Position numbers and translations under genes: made by a program. Shown here in pieces: positions 43,901 to 54,100 of a DNA stretch of 64,000 nucleotides. Source of the DNA: Planctomycetota bacterium (GTDB taxonomy: Bacteria; Planctomycetota; PLA2; JAEUHO01); assembly GCA_050248855.1 (NCBI GenBank), contig JBFWRP010000003.1, positions 96,001 through 160,000 on the forward strand, written 5' to 3'. The stretch's first letter is position 1. Every line of letters begins with the position of its first letter. The notes under the pieces were generated by a model. The model made no database searches, was not told where the DNA came from, and saw only the letters and a program-made list of their open reading frames with translations.

Positions 43901-45490
43901 GAGTTCCACGCCTGGGTGGACAAGGACGGCGCGGGCTTCGTGCAGGTGAGCTCCACGGATCGCAAGGCGCCGTATGGTGGCGCTCGCGCGCATCGCGTGC
44001 GGTTCGGGAACACCTACTACACGTACGGTGGCATGGCGCAGTGGGGCAAGCACGAGGGACCGAGCGGTGGCTTGGAGCTGTCGGACAACGGCAACCGCTT
44101 GGCCTACACCTACAGCGAGGCCACATCGCTCAACCAGAGCTACTACTACAGCTCGTACCAGGCCTACTACAACCTGGAGTGGTTGAGCAACCGGATGAAC
44201 ATCATCTCGATCTCGACGACCGACAGCTGGGCTACCCGGACCGAGATCAACGTGACGTCCGCCTACTTCACCGGCTCGCACTTCTGGCGCTTCGGCGGCC
44301 TCGCGTTCTCCCGTGACGGCAACCGGCTCTTCTTCTTCGGGGGCAAGAGCCTGCTCGACGGGAACGGCACGACGGACTACGCCTACTGGACGACCGCGGT
44401 CTACAACGCGTCCTGCTGGGTCGGCGGTACGTACTACATGTACGACTACGCCAACCCCAACCAGGTCCGTTCGCTCCTCCCGACGACCGCCGGTGGGACC
44501 GGTAGCAACACGTACACGGCGGGCTCGCCCTTCAACCCGACGGCGGGCACGAACAGCACGAACTGGGGCGTGGTCACCCCGATGGGCGGCTTCTGGTCCC
44601 AGGATGGCCGCTTCCTCTACGTGTGCGCGGGTCACCCGATCGAGTCCTCGAACAACACGTGCAACCGGTTGGTGGCGATCAACACCACCACGGCGACCAT
44701 CAACGGCCGCGGCGCCTCGACGGGCTTCGCCGTCGAAAGCTGGCCCACGCAACGTGGCCTGTTCGGCATGTACTCCAACGCCGGCTGCTACTACGGCGGC
44801 ATGCTCACGTACCTCGGTACGGGAGCCCATGACATCGCGCGCATCAAGATGGCCAAGGACACGGGCATCGTGTTCTTCGCGACCCATTCCTGCCGGTACT
44901 CGACGACACCCAGCACGTCCTACGGGTTCGCGTACAACATCTCCTACAACAGCACGTACATGAAGGACGCCGGGCACGTGGAGTGCTTCGCTTCCAACGT
45001 GGGAGGCGCGGTGCAGCGCCTGACGACCTTCAGCAACGACGGCACGCTCACGTCGCCGCGCGGTCGAGGCATCCACTTCGTGCAGCCCACCGATGCCGGA
45101 GACCGCTTGGTGTTCATCTACGACATCGGCGCGACGGGTGGCGTGTCGGAGTACCTGCACTACGCGAGCAACGAGGGCATCGGGTACATCGCAAACATCC
45201 AGCTGCACCCGACCACGGGGGCCCTGCTGGGCCGGACCCAGACGCAGCTCGAGGGCACCGAGGGCACGTCGACCGGGCAGGTCGGCACGGCCCAGGGGCG
45301 CGCGGGCAGCTCCGTGGCGTTCGGCACCGACGGGCAGCGGGTCTACTACTCGTTCGGCCCGTCGGCGACCAACGAGAACGCCCGGACGGTCGCGGCGCCG
45401 CGGATCGACGGTGCGGGCAACGTCGGGGCGGGAACGACCACCCGCTTCGGCACCGGCAGCCGCGACAGCATCCTGCACGCCGGGCGCTAG
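40925..45490 (+). CDS. Giant lipoprotein paralog 1 (putative Ig-like repeats plus Tyr-rich beta-propeller-like domain), 1521 aa
   Basis: GGAG RBS; lipobox AAGC-GGGG; Ig-like motifs GG..PY...LPDG...F.F; SxDG-type blade turns; ends ILHAGR. Confidence 0.88.
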   Translation: MIHGTTRRTKSTVRSLALLAMLVAAAGCGGGGTGGGGTTPSVSVSSTLLPLLSSGQSLPGDGYALPITGGCGGPYVIRVIGGALPDGITIDDRQANITAPGNPAEHRHHLVGSALEDGVFSFRLEIVDRGCRPAVSSTAAFTWTVARGLVAIMGATPAIVPVALYNDPLKYPDVDALQKTVYGSFSSITFTVAGGVGPYVCAIIDDPADPDDDDGLPFGVVMPPSSCSIVGSPQQVGNGGRPFRFTLRATDSVGQSATRKFQWKIDTPPMIVGSADITDGVAGATYGDAIQIVDGVPPFKFELTADIPTDLDNVGPGWTYNPPAAPVFPSLSGFTVAPTGEANNKLTPASYPAPAAVGPYYPAPPEGLFITEDGGQAGSISGVPRRYGSFTINVHAYSSTVPNERGQHAFAQYQFNIGSGVPLLMVDSFLVDGNGSNTFLANTPDGVGTLPEFEVLQPRTTQMVASGGVPFDGWTDAPHRNQRALDLGEVAGTYDWSVVSWDSRSIGWHPSNTPAGRPTGIDADITGRIFTTNNGLDLVRQGRQVIQVAVADRRLPTPQTDVHEMALSVGPDVIILTESNQSCVTTTGSTYDSEMHNDSMFIKKLQIVNNVAQRSPLDGTDMAATHVVPAAANLNALSNPLGRLLSGVGKATYTGTGRNAGAADLMRVVVNATGWWNDSWNLHPKGARAFQNVDAGKTYYEYYGNEYYCYSSNAETSAVDLPDIVDGSVVADVGQGVYTDGGRLYTFENDTHFGVFIIRQDGKIFVPFALQKGTWQGFGDYCQAALQGTGAGAPTASHMRMVHLGVSPNGRWAAMKIMSSPTNLYETTSQSRAILMDLAGTKAFSGENYRIVSPALASGYLMADTLTLTNSHLYMSVSATNPGYAYGWLQHRVLREQIVGGTGTAPFAPGVPSNNASQYLSLPYHNLGTSYLSSSWNGTTVYCNYYAYFSCHGTNRHEDESAPIPFRVSADGSTCAMIAGPYNGSVAGTLAFEFHAWVDKDGAGFVQVSSTDRKAPYGGARAHRVRFGNTYYTYGGMAQWGKHEGPSGGLELSDNGNRLAYTYSEATSLNQSYYYSSYQAYYNLEWLSNRMNIISISTTDSWATRTEINVTSAYFTGSHFWRFGGLAFSRDGNRLFFFGGKSLLDGNGTTDYAYWTTAVYNASCWVGGTYYMYDYANPNQVRSLLPTTAGGTGSNTYTAGSPFNPTAGTNSTNWGVVTPMGGFWSQDGRFLYVCAGHPIESSNNTCNRLVAINTTTATINGRGASTGFAVESWPTQRGLFGMYSNAGCYYGGMLTYLGTGAHDIARIKMAKDTGIVFFATHSCRYSTTPSTSYGFAYNISYNSTYMKDAGHVECFASNVGGAVQRLTTFSNDGTLTSPRGRGIHFVQPTDAGDRLVFIYDIGATGGVSEYLHYASNEGIGYIANIQLHPTTGALLGRTQTQLEGTEGTSTGQVGTAQGRAGSSVAFGTDGQRVYYSFGPSATNENARTVAAPRIDGAGNVGAGTTTRFGTGSRDSILHAGR

Positions 45491-45521
45491 CCCCTCGCAT
45501 CCCCGGGCTGCAACGCCCCCC

Positions 45522-45565
45522 GCGACGCCCCCGGCCCTGTCGGCCGGGGGCGTCGCTCCCGTTTT
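45522..45565 (+). terminator. Rho-independent terminator-like hairpin after paralog 1
   Basis: 15-bp stem GCGACGCCCCCGGCC/GGCCGGGGGCGTCGC, 5-nt loop, then TCCCGTTTT. Confidence 0.7.
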
Positions 45566-45642
45566 GGGGCCTGCGGCGCATCGCGGCACACGACGTGGAA
45601 ACCTGGGACTCCTGGCTATCTCGGATCCAGATCCTGGCCTTG

Positions 45643-45675
45643 CTGGCAACTGCGGATCGGTGGTACGGTCGCGGC
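45643..45675 (+). promoter_or_regulatory. Conserved upstream box plus sigma54-type promoter of paralog 2
   Basis: CTGGCAAC-N9-GTGGTACG-GTCG-CGGC; GG-N10-GC spacing kept, -12 degenerate. Confidence 0.55.
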
Positions 45676-46015
45676 ACTGGGTCAGGCCCTCCAGGGCGCA
45701 TCGTGCGTCCGACCGGGCCAGGAGCAGGCCCGGGCGTCCGCCTGCGGACGCGTTGAAGTCGACGCCTGGAGGCCCGTCAGGCGGCGAATTCGGGAGAATT
45801 CGCTTCCCTGCGACCTGCAGGCGTGTCGGCCGCGATGCCCATGATCGTTGGTTGGGCAAGCCCTTCGCACCCGCCCACGTGGCCTTCCAAGCGACGCGGG
45901 AGCTGCATGCGGGGCCTGCCCCGACCGCCGCTTTCGGGCCCCTTTCGCGTCCGGCGACACACGCAATCATCGGCTGGAAACACGCTTTCCAATCGAAGCC
46001 ATCGAAGGAGCGAGC

Positions 46016-49000
46016 ATGTCACACAACTTGAATTGGAAACAGGGTATCCGCATGGCGCGGCTCGCCCCCGTCGTTCTGGCCCTTCTCGCCCTGATGATGG
46101 GCTCCGGGTGTGGAGGCGGTGGCGGAGGTGGTTTCGCAGGTACCACGCCGACGCTCTCCCTCTCCAGCAGCTTGCTCCCCCTCCTCAGCTCGGGCCAGGC
46201 CCTCTCCGGGGACGGGTTCGCCCTCCCGATCCAGGGCGGGTGCGGCGGTCCCTACACGATCCGCCTGATCGCCGGCGAGCTGCCCGACGGCGTCTCGATC
46301 GACGATCGCCAGGCCAACATCGACGGGCCCGGCATGCCCGCGGCCGACCGCCACCACTTGGTGGGAACGGCCCTGGAGGACGGCACCTTCGCCTTCCGCC
46401 TGGAGATCCTGGACCGCGGCTGCAAGCCCGCCGTCTCGATGACCGCCGACTTCTCCTGGAGCGTCACCCAGGGCGCCGTGACCATCGTGGACTCGACCCC
46501 GCCCAGCATCCCGGTGGCCGTCTACAACGACCCCTTCAAGTACAGCGACGTCGACGCGCTCGACAAGACGGTGTACGGCGACTTCACGAGCATCACCTTC
46601 CAGGTCGCCGGCGGTGTGGGTCCCTACACGTGCGCGATCGTCGACGACCCCGCCGACCCCGATGACGACGACGGCCTCCCGTTCGGCGTCGTGATGCCGC
46701 CGGCGTCCTGCAGCATCGTGGGCTCGCCCCAGCAGGTCGGCGATGGCGGCAAGCCCTTCCGCTTCACGGTCCTTGCCACCGACAGCGTCGGCAGCACCGC
46801 GGTCCGCAAGTTCCAGTGGAAGATCGACACGCCGCCGATGATCGTCGGTTCCGCCGACATCACGGACGGCACGGCGGGCGACGCCTACGGCGACGCGATC
46901 CAGATCGTGGACGGCGTGCCGCCGTTCAAGTTCGAGCTCACGGCGGACCTGCCTACCGACCTCGACAACACGAGCGCGGCCTGGGTCTACAGCCCGCCGT
47001 TGGCGCCCACCTTCCCGTCGATCAGCGGCTTCACGGTGGCGCCCACGGGCGAGGCCGACAACAAGCTGACGGCCGCTGCCTACCCGGCTCCGGCTGCATT
47101 CGGCCCCTACTACCCCGCCCCGCCCGAGGGCCTCTTCATCGTCGAAGACGGTGGCCAGGCTGGAAGCCTCACCGGCGTGCCGCGGCGCTATGGTTCGTTC
47201 ACGATCAACGTCCATGCCTACAGCGCGACCGTGCCCAACGAGCGCGGTCAGCATGCCTTCGCGCAGTTCGACTTCGACATCGCCGCGGGCATCCCGCTCG
47301 AGATGGTGGACACCTTCGTCGTCGATGGCAACGGCAGCAACTCGTTCGTCGCCGCGACGCCGGATGGTGTCGCGACCCTTCCCGAGTTCGAGGTCGGCCA
47401 GCCCCGCACCACGCAGATGGTGGCCCAGGGCGGCGTGCCGTTCGACGGGTTCACGGATGCCCCGCATTCCAGCCAGCGCCTGCTGGACCTGGGCGAGGTG
47501 GCGGGCACCTACGACTGGTCCGTGAGCAGCTGGGACAGCCGTGGCGAAGGGTGGCACCCCGGCAACGTCCCCGCCGGTCGCCCGACGGGCATCGATGCCA
47601 ACATCACCGGCCAGATCTTCACGACGAACGGCGGCCTCGACCTGCAGCGCCAGGGCCGTCAGGTCATCGAGGTGACGGTCAGCGACCGCCGCCTGCCGAC
47701 ACCGCAGACGGACTCCAACGAGATGGCCCTCTCCGTCGGCCCGGATGTGCTGATCATCACGGAGAGCCGCCAGTCGGCCGTGATCACGACCGGCAGCACG
47801 TACGACAGCACGCACCACAACGACTCCCTGTTCGTCAAGCGCATGCAGATCGTCAACAACTCGGCGCAGATCTCGCCGCTCGACGCCTCCGACCTGCCGG
47901 CGACGCACATCGTGCCGGCCGTGGCAAACCTGAACGCCCTCACCAACCCCCTTGGCCGCCTGCTCTCCGGCGTGGGCAAGCCCACCTACACGGGTACGGG
48001 TCGCGACGGCTCGGGCAGCGACATCATCCGCGTCGTGGTCAATGCCACCGGGTGGTGGGACGACACGTGGAACCTCCACCCGCGGGCGGCGCGCGCCTTC
48101 AGCCACGCGGACGCGGACAAGGCCTACTACGAGTACTACGGCGACTACTACAACTACGGCGCCAACCCGGACGCCACCGCGGTGGCCCTGCCGGACATCA
48201 CGGATGGCAGCGTGGCCCATCAGCCGGGCCTCGGCGTCTACACCAACGGCGGCAAGCTGTACGCCTTCGAGAACGACAGCCACTTCGGCGTGTTCGTCCT
48301 CCGGGAGGACGGGAAGGTCTATGTGCCGTTCGCCATGCAGAAGGGCTCGTGGACGGGCTTCGGCGACAACGTCGTCGCCCAGCTCCAGGGCACGGGCGCG
48401 GGCGCTCCCACCGACAGCCAGATGCGCACCATCAGCTTCGGCATCTCGCCCAACGGCCGCTTCGGCGTCATGAAGATCATGTCCAACCCGACCAACTACA
48501 ACGAGACCGGCTCGCAGTCGCGCGCCGTCCTTTTGGACTTGGCGGGGCAGAAGGCCTTCGGCGGCCTGACGTACAAGATCGTCGCCATGCCCACGACGTC
48601 CGGCCGGATCATGGCCGACGCGCTGACGCTTACCAACGAGTACCTGTACGGCATCATCAACCGGACCAACGGAGCGTATCCCTACGCCTACATCCAGCAC
48701 AATGTCTGGCGTGAGTCGATCCTCTCGGGGACCGGGACGGCGATCTTCGCGCCTGGCCTGCCCAGCAACACGACGTCGACGTACTTGAGCCTGCCGTACC
48801 ACACCACGGGGGTCTACTCGTACATCGGCAGCTCGTGGAACGGCACGACCGTCTACACGACCTACTACACCTACTCGGGCGGTGACTCCAAGAACCAGTA
48901 CGAGGACGGCACGGCGCCGATCCCCTTCCGGGTGAGTGCCGACGGCTCGACCTGCGCCGTCATGTGCGGGGTCTACAACGGGCAGACGCTGGGCACCAGC

Positions 49001-50596
49001 ACGTTCATGTACCGGCCCTACGCCGACAAGGACGGCGCAGGCTTCCGCGTTGCCTCCAGCACGGACCGGCGTGCGCCCTACGGCGGCGCACGGGCTCACC
49101 GTCTTCGCTGGGGTACCGCGTACTACGGGCTCTCGGGCATGACCCAGTGGGGCAAGCACGAGGGGCCGAGCGGCAACTTCGAGATCTCCGACGACGGCAA
49201 CCGCATCGCCTACGGCATCTCGGAGGCATCCAACCTGAGCAGCGGGACGTGGTACTCGTCGTACCAGTGCTACTACAACACCAACTTCCGCGTGTCGCGC
49301 ATGAACGTCTGGATCGCGTCCACGACGGACGACTGGATCTCGTACAGCCAGGTGTCGCCGACGGCGAGCTACTTCGGCGGCTCCCACTACTGGCGATTCG
49401 GTGGCCTCTCGTTCTCCCGTGACGGCAACCGGCTGTTCTTCTTCGGCGGCATCAGCCAGAAGGATGCGCTCGGAAGCACGGACTACGGCTACTACTCGAC
49501 CAACGCCTACAACGCCTCGGCCTGGGTGACGGGCACGTACTACCTGTACGACTTCGCGAGCAGCACGCAGGTGCGTTCGGTCATCCCGAGCTCGGCGGGC
49601 GGCACGGGCTCCAACACGTACACGACGTCGCAGCCTTTCAGCCCGAGCGGCGGCAACCTCACGACGAACTGGGGCGTGGTCGCGCCATTCGGCGGCTTCT
49701 GGTCGCAGGACGGGCGCTTCCTCTACATCGACACGGGTCACCCCATGACCTCGTCCAACGGCACGTGCCACCGGCTCATCGGCATCAACACCACGGGCGG
49801 TTCCATCAACGGCAAGCAGGCCAACACCGGCTTCGAGCTCGGGAGCTGGCCGACCCAGCGGGGCTTCCTGAGCAACTACTCGACCGGAGGGATGTACTAC
49901 GGCGGCATGCTGCCGTACCTGACGCCAGCCGGCACGCACCAGCTCGCCCGCATCAAGATGGCCGAGGACACGGGTATCGTGTTCTTCGCCACGCACTCGA
50001 TGCGCTACTCGGCGGGCCCGAGCACCAGCTACGCAAGCGTGTTCACGCAGTACTACAGCAGCACGTATGGCAAGGACGCCGGCCATGTGGAGTGCTTCGC
50101 CTCCAACGTGGGCGGGGCCGTGCAGCGGCTGACGCAGTTCTCCAACGACGGCAGCATCACGGCGGCCCGTGGGCGCGGCATCAACTTCATCGACGTCACG
50201 GACCAGGGCGACCGGCTGGCCTTCATCTACGACAACGGTGCATCCGGTAGCACGAGCGAGTACCTGCGCTACGCCAACAAGGAAGGCATCTGCTACATCG
50301 CCAGCATCCAGCTGAACCCCACCACGGGCCAGCTGGTGAACCGCGTCCAGACGCTGCTCGAAGGCAACGAGGGCGGCGCCGGCGTCGTGGGCGGCTCGAC
50401 CGGTCGGGCGGGCGGCTCCCTGGCCTTCGGCACCGACGGGCAGCGGATCTACTACGCGTTCGGCCCCAACGCCTCGGACGAGAACCAGCGCACGCTCTGT
50501 GGGCCGCGGATCGATGGCTCGGGCGCCCTCGCCTCGGGCACGGGAACGCGCTTCGGCACGGGGAACCGTTACCTGGTCCTTCACGCTGGCCGATAA
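46016..50596 (+). CDS. Giant lipoprotein paralog 2, 1526 aa
   Basis: GAAGGAG RBS; signal peptide ending GSGC-GGGG; colinear with paralog 1; ends VLHAGR. Confidence 0.88.
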   Translation: MSHNLNWKQGIRMARLAPVVLALLALMMGSGCGGGGGGGFAGTTPTLSLSSSLLPLLSSGQALSGDGFALPIQGGCGGPYTIRLIAGELPDGVSIDDRQANIDGPGMPAADRHHLVGTALEDGTFAFRLEILDRGCKPAVSMTADFSWSVTQGAVTIVDSTPPSIPVAVYNDPFKYSDVDALDKTVYGDFTSITFQVAGGVGPYTCAIVDDPADPDDDDGLPFGVVMPPASCSIVGSPQQVGDGGKPFRFTVLATDSVGSTAVRKFQWKIDTPPMIVGSADITDGTAGDAYGDAIQIVDGVPPFKFELTADLPTDLDNTSAAWVYSPPLAPTFPSISGFTVAPTGEADNKLTAAAYPAPAAFGPYYPAPPEGLFIVEDGGQAGSLTGVPRRYGSFTINVHAYSATVPNERGQHAFAQFDFDIAAGIPLEMVDTFVVDGNGSNSFVAATPDGVATLPEFEVGQPRTTQMVAQGGVPFDGFTDAPHSSQRLLDLGEVAGTYDWSVSSWDSRGEGWHPGNVPAGRPTGIDANITGQIFTTNGGLDLQRQGRQVIEVTVSDRRLPTPQTDSNEMALSVGPDVLIITESRQSAVITTGSTYDSTHHNDSLFVKRMQIVNNSAQISPLDASDLPATHIVPAVANLNALTNPLGRLLSGVGKPTYTGTGRDGSGSDIIRVVVNATGWWDDTWNLHPRAARAFSHADADKAYYEYYGDYYNYGANPDATAVALPDITDGSVAHQPGLGVYTNGGKLYAFENDSHFGVFVLREDGKVYVPFAMQKGSWTGFGDNVVAQLQGTGAGAPTDSQMRTISFGISPNGRFGVMKIMSNPTNYNETGSQSRAVLLDLAGQKAFGGLTYKIVAMPTTSGRIMADALTLTNEYLYGIINRTNGAYPYAYIQHNVWRESILSGTGTAIFAPGLPSNTTSTYLSLPYHTTGVYSYIGSSWNGTTVYTTYYTYSGGDSKNQYEDGTAPIPFRVSADGSTCAVMCGVYNGQTLGTSTFMYRPYADKDGAGFRVASSTDRRAPYGGARAHRLRWGTAYYGLSGMTQWGKHEGPSGNFEISDDGNRIAYGISEASNLSSGTWYSSYQCYYNTNFRVSRMNVWIASTTDDWISYSQVSPTASYFGGSHYWRFGGLSFSRDGNRLFFFGGISQKDALGSTDYGYYSTNAYNASAWVTGTYYLYDFASSTQVRSVIPSSAGGTGSNTYTTSQPFSPSGGNLTTNWGVVAPFGGFWSQDGRFLYIDTGHPMTSSNGTCHRLIGINTTGGSINGKQANTGFELGSWPTQRGFLSNYSTGGMYYGGMLPYLTPAGTHQLARIKMAEDTGIVFFATHSMRYSAGPSTSYASVFTQYYSSTYGKDAGHVECFASNVGGAVQRLTQFSNDGSITAARGRGINFIDVTDQGDRLAFIYDNGASGSTSEYLRYANKEGICYIASIQLNPTTGQLVNRVQTLLEGNEGGAGVVGGSTGRAGGSLAFGTDGQRIYYAFGPNASDENQRTLCGPRIDGSGALASGTGTRFGTGNRYLVLHAGR

Positions 50597-50725
50597 CCCT
50601 GTTTCCAGGGCTTTGGGGGCCACGAGGTGCAGCGTGCGGATCCGCACGCTGCTCCCGTGGCCCCCGCTCCAAGCCCCTCCCCAGATGCTCGTGATGCTGC
50701 GCTGATATCCCTGTTTCCTCGGCCT

Positions 50726-50758
50726 CTGGCAACTGCCATCACGTGGTACGGCGATTGC
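50726..50758 (+). promoter_or_regulatory. Conserved upstream box plus sigma54-type promoter of paralog 3
   Basis: CTGGCAAC-N9-GTGGTACG-GCGA-TTGC. Confidence 0.7.
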
Positions 50759-51123
50759 CTACCGTCCCCCGGTCCTGGCAGGCGCCGTGCCTGCAGACCG
50801 CTTGGAGTGGACAACCAAACTACGGACGGCCCCCCTGGGAAGGGGTGAAGCCGTGGGACGCCCTCCGGCAGGAGACCCGGTCAGCCGGCAACCTGCACCT
50901 TGGGGTGAGAGCGATCCCTCGACGCGGGTCACCCGCCGTCCGTGCTCGTGCTTGCTCGGGTCTTGGTCGTCGCCCCCCTCCCGTCCACATCCCCCTCGGC
51001 GGGGCGTGCGCAGGCGAGGTGTGTCCCGACCGCATGGGCCGCCTGCACGCCGGGCACTTGGAGCGTCCTGACGGAACAGCTGACCGGCGCGCATGCGCCG
51101 GGCGAGGTAGCGAAGGAGCAGAC

Positions 51124-54100
51124 ATGGACAATCGGAGCCGTTTCGGCCGTATGGGGTGGTGGTCGCGCGCCGTGGGCGCCTCGGTCCTCGTCCTGACGGC
51201 GACCGTCCTGCCGGCCTGTGGTGGGGGTGGTAGCGGTGGGTTCCAGGGTTCGACCCCCAGCCTCTCGCTGGGCAGCACCCTCTTGCCGCTCCTTGCCAGC
51301 GGCCAGCCCCTGGCCGGTGACGGGTACGCGCTGCCCATCCAGGGCGGCTGCGGCGGCCCCTACACCGTGCGCCTGATCAGTGGCCAGCTTCCGAGCGGTA
51401 TCTCGATCGACGATCGCCAGGCCAACATCGAGGGCCCGGGCGTGCCGGCGTCGCATCGCCACCACTTGGTCGGGACGGCCTTGGAGGACGGCAGCTTCTC
51501 CTTCCGCCTGGAGATCCTCGATCGCGGCTGCAAGCCCTCGGTCTCCATGGCCGCCGACTTCACGTGGAACGTGAGCCAGGGCGGCGTCACCATCGTCGAT
51601 GCCACCCCTCCGAGCATCCCGGTCGCGCTCTACAACGACCCGTTCAAGTACAACGACGTGGACGCGCTCGACAAGACCGTCTACGGTGACTTCACCAGCA
51701 TCACGTTCGTCGTGGCTGGCGGCGTCGGCCCGTACACCTGCGCGATCATCGATGACCCGACGGACCCGGACGATGACAGCGGGCTCCCCTTCGGCGTCGT
51801 GATGCCGCCCGCGTCCTGCAGCATCGTGGGATCGCCCCAGCAGGTCGGTGACGGAGGCAAGCCCTTCCGCTTCACGGTCCGCGCCATGGACTCGGTCGGG
51901 CAGACCGCCACGCGCAAGTTCCAGTGGAAGATCGACACCCCGCCCATGATCGTGGGCTCGGCCGACATCACGGACGGCACGGCTGGGTCTCCCTACGGCG
52001 ACGCGATCCAGATCGTCGACGGTGTGCCGCCGTTCAAGTTCGAGCTGACCGCGGACCTGCCGACGGACCTCGACAACACGAGCGCGGCGTGGGTCTACAA
52101 CCCGCCCGCGGCGCCGACCTTCCCGTCGCTCAGCGGCTTCACCGTGGCGCCCACGGGCGAGGCGGCCAACAAGCTCACGGCCGCCAGCTACCCCGCACCG
52201 GCCGCGCTTGGCCCCTACTACCCCGCGCCCCCCGAGGGCCTCTTCATCGTCGAGGACGGCGGCCAGGCCGGATCGCTGACGGGCGTGCCGCGTCGCTTCG
52301 GCTCGTTCACGATCAACGTGCACGCCTACAGCGCGACGGTCCCCAACGAGCGCGGCCAGCACGCGTTCGCCCAGTTCGGCTTCGACATCGCCCCCGGTGT
52401 GCCGCTGGCCATGGTGGACACGTTCGTCGTCGATGGCAACGGGAGCAACACCTTCCTGGCGCCTACTCCCGACGGCGTGGCGACACTTCCCGAGTTCGAG
52501 GTGCTGCAGCCGCGCACCACGCAGATGGTGGCGGAGGGCGGCGTGCCGTTTGACGGCTACACCGACGCCCCGCACGCCAGCCAGCGCTCGATCGACTTCG
52601 GCGAGGTCGCAGGCACCTACGACTGGTCCGTCAGCAGCTGGGACAGCCGCGGCGAAGGCTGGCACCCCGGAAACGTGCCCCCGGGTCGCCCGACGGGCAT
52701 CAACGCGGACATCACCGGCCGCATCTTCACGACCAGCGGCGGCGTGGACCTCCAGCGTCAGGGGCGCCAGGTGATCGAAGTGACGGTCAGCGACCGTCGC
52801 CTGCCGGCCCCGCAGACGGACGTGCACGAGATGGCCCTTTCCGTGGGTCCCGACGTCCTGATCATCACCGAGAGCCGCCAGTCGTGCGTCATCACGACGG
52901 GCAGCACCTACGACAGCACGAGCCACAACGACTCCATGTTCATCAAGCGCATGCAGGTCGTCAACAACTCGGCCCAGGTGTCTCCGCTGGACGCGACCGA
53001 CCTCGCGACTTCGCACATCGTGCCGGCCGCGGCGAACCTGAACGCGTTGACCAACCCGCTGGGCCGGTTGCTCTCCGGCGTGGGCAAGCCCACGTACACG
53101 GGTACCGGCCGCGACGGCGCTGGCGCGGACATCCTGCGCGTGGTCGTCAATGCGACCGGCTGGTGGGACGACTCCTTCCAGCTCAACCCCCGCGCGGCGC
53201 GTGCGTTCTCCCACGCGGACGCCGACAAGTGCTACCTGGAGTACTACGGCGACTACTACACCTACGGCGCGCAGCCGGACGCCTCGGCGGTGGCCCTGCC
53301 GGACATCACGGACGGCGCCGTGGTGCACCAGCCCGGCCTCGGTGTGTACACCAACGGCGGCAAGCTCTACGCCTTCGAGAACGACAGCCACTTCGGCGTG
53401 TTCATCATCCGCGAGGACGGCAAGATCTACGTCCCGTTTGCCATGCAGAAGGGCACGTGGCAGGGCTTTGGCGACAACATCACCTCGACCCTGCAGGGAA
53501 CGGGCGCCGGCGCCCCGACCGACAGCCAGATGCGTACGATCAGCTTCGGCATCTCGCCCAACGGCCGCTTCGGCGTCATGAAGATCATGGCCAGCCCCAC
53601 CAACTACAACGAGACCGGCTCGCAGTCGCGCGTCGTGCTGCTCGACCTGGCGGGCGACAAGGCGTTCTCGGGCGACACGTACCGCTTGGTCGCCATGCCG
53701 ACCACGGCCGGCCGGATCATGGCGGACACGCTCACGCTGACCAACGAGTACCTCTACGGCATCCTCGACCGCTCCAACGGCGGCTACCCCTACGGCTGGC
53801 TGCAGAACAACGTCTGGCGTGAGTCCATCCTGGCGGGAACGGGCACGGCCAGCTTCGCGCCGGGCCTGCCCAGCAACACCGCGTCGACCTACCTGAGCCT
53901 GCCGTACCACAACTCGGGTACCTACACGTACCTGGGCGGTACGTGGAACGGCACGACGGTCTACACGACCTACTACACGTACTCGGGCGGCGACCACAAG
54001 AACATGTACGAGGACGGCACGGCGCCGATCCCCTTCCGCGTCAGCGCGGACGGCACGACCTGCGCGCTGATGTGCGGGCCCTACGACGGCGTGGTCCTGG

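Noticed and set aside
50815..50895. c-di-GMP-I riboswitch resemblance (CAAAC...GGGA...GGGACGC..CCTCCGGC)
   Set aside because: Lacks the GCAAAG junction and tetraloop receptor, and the stem is too long; needs an Infernal scan to be certain.
40352..51123. Extended N-termini given by the ORF track for paralogs 1-3 (40352, 45848, 50743)
   Set aside because: Downstream ATGs have clear RBSs and give proper lipoprotein signal peptides; the extensions run through promoter or leader DNA.
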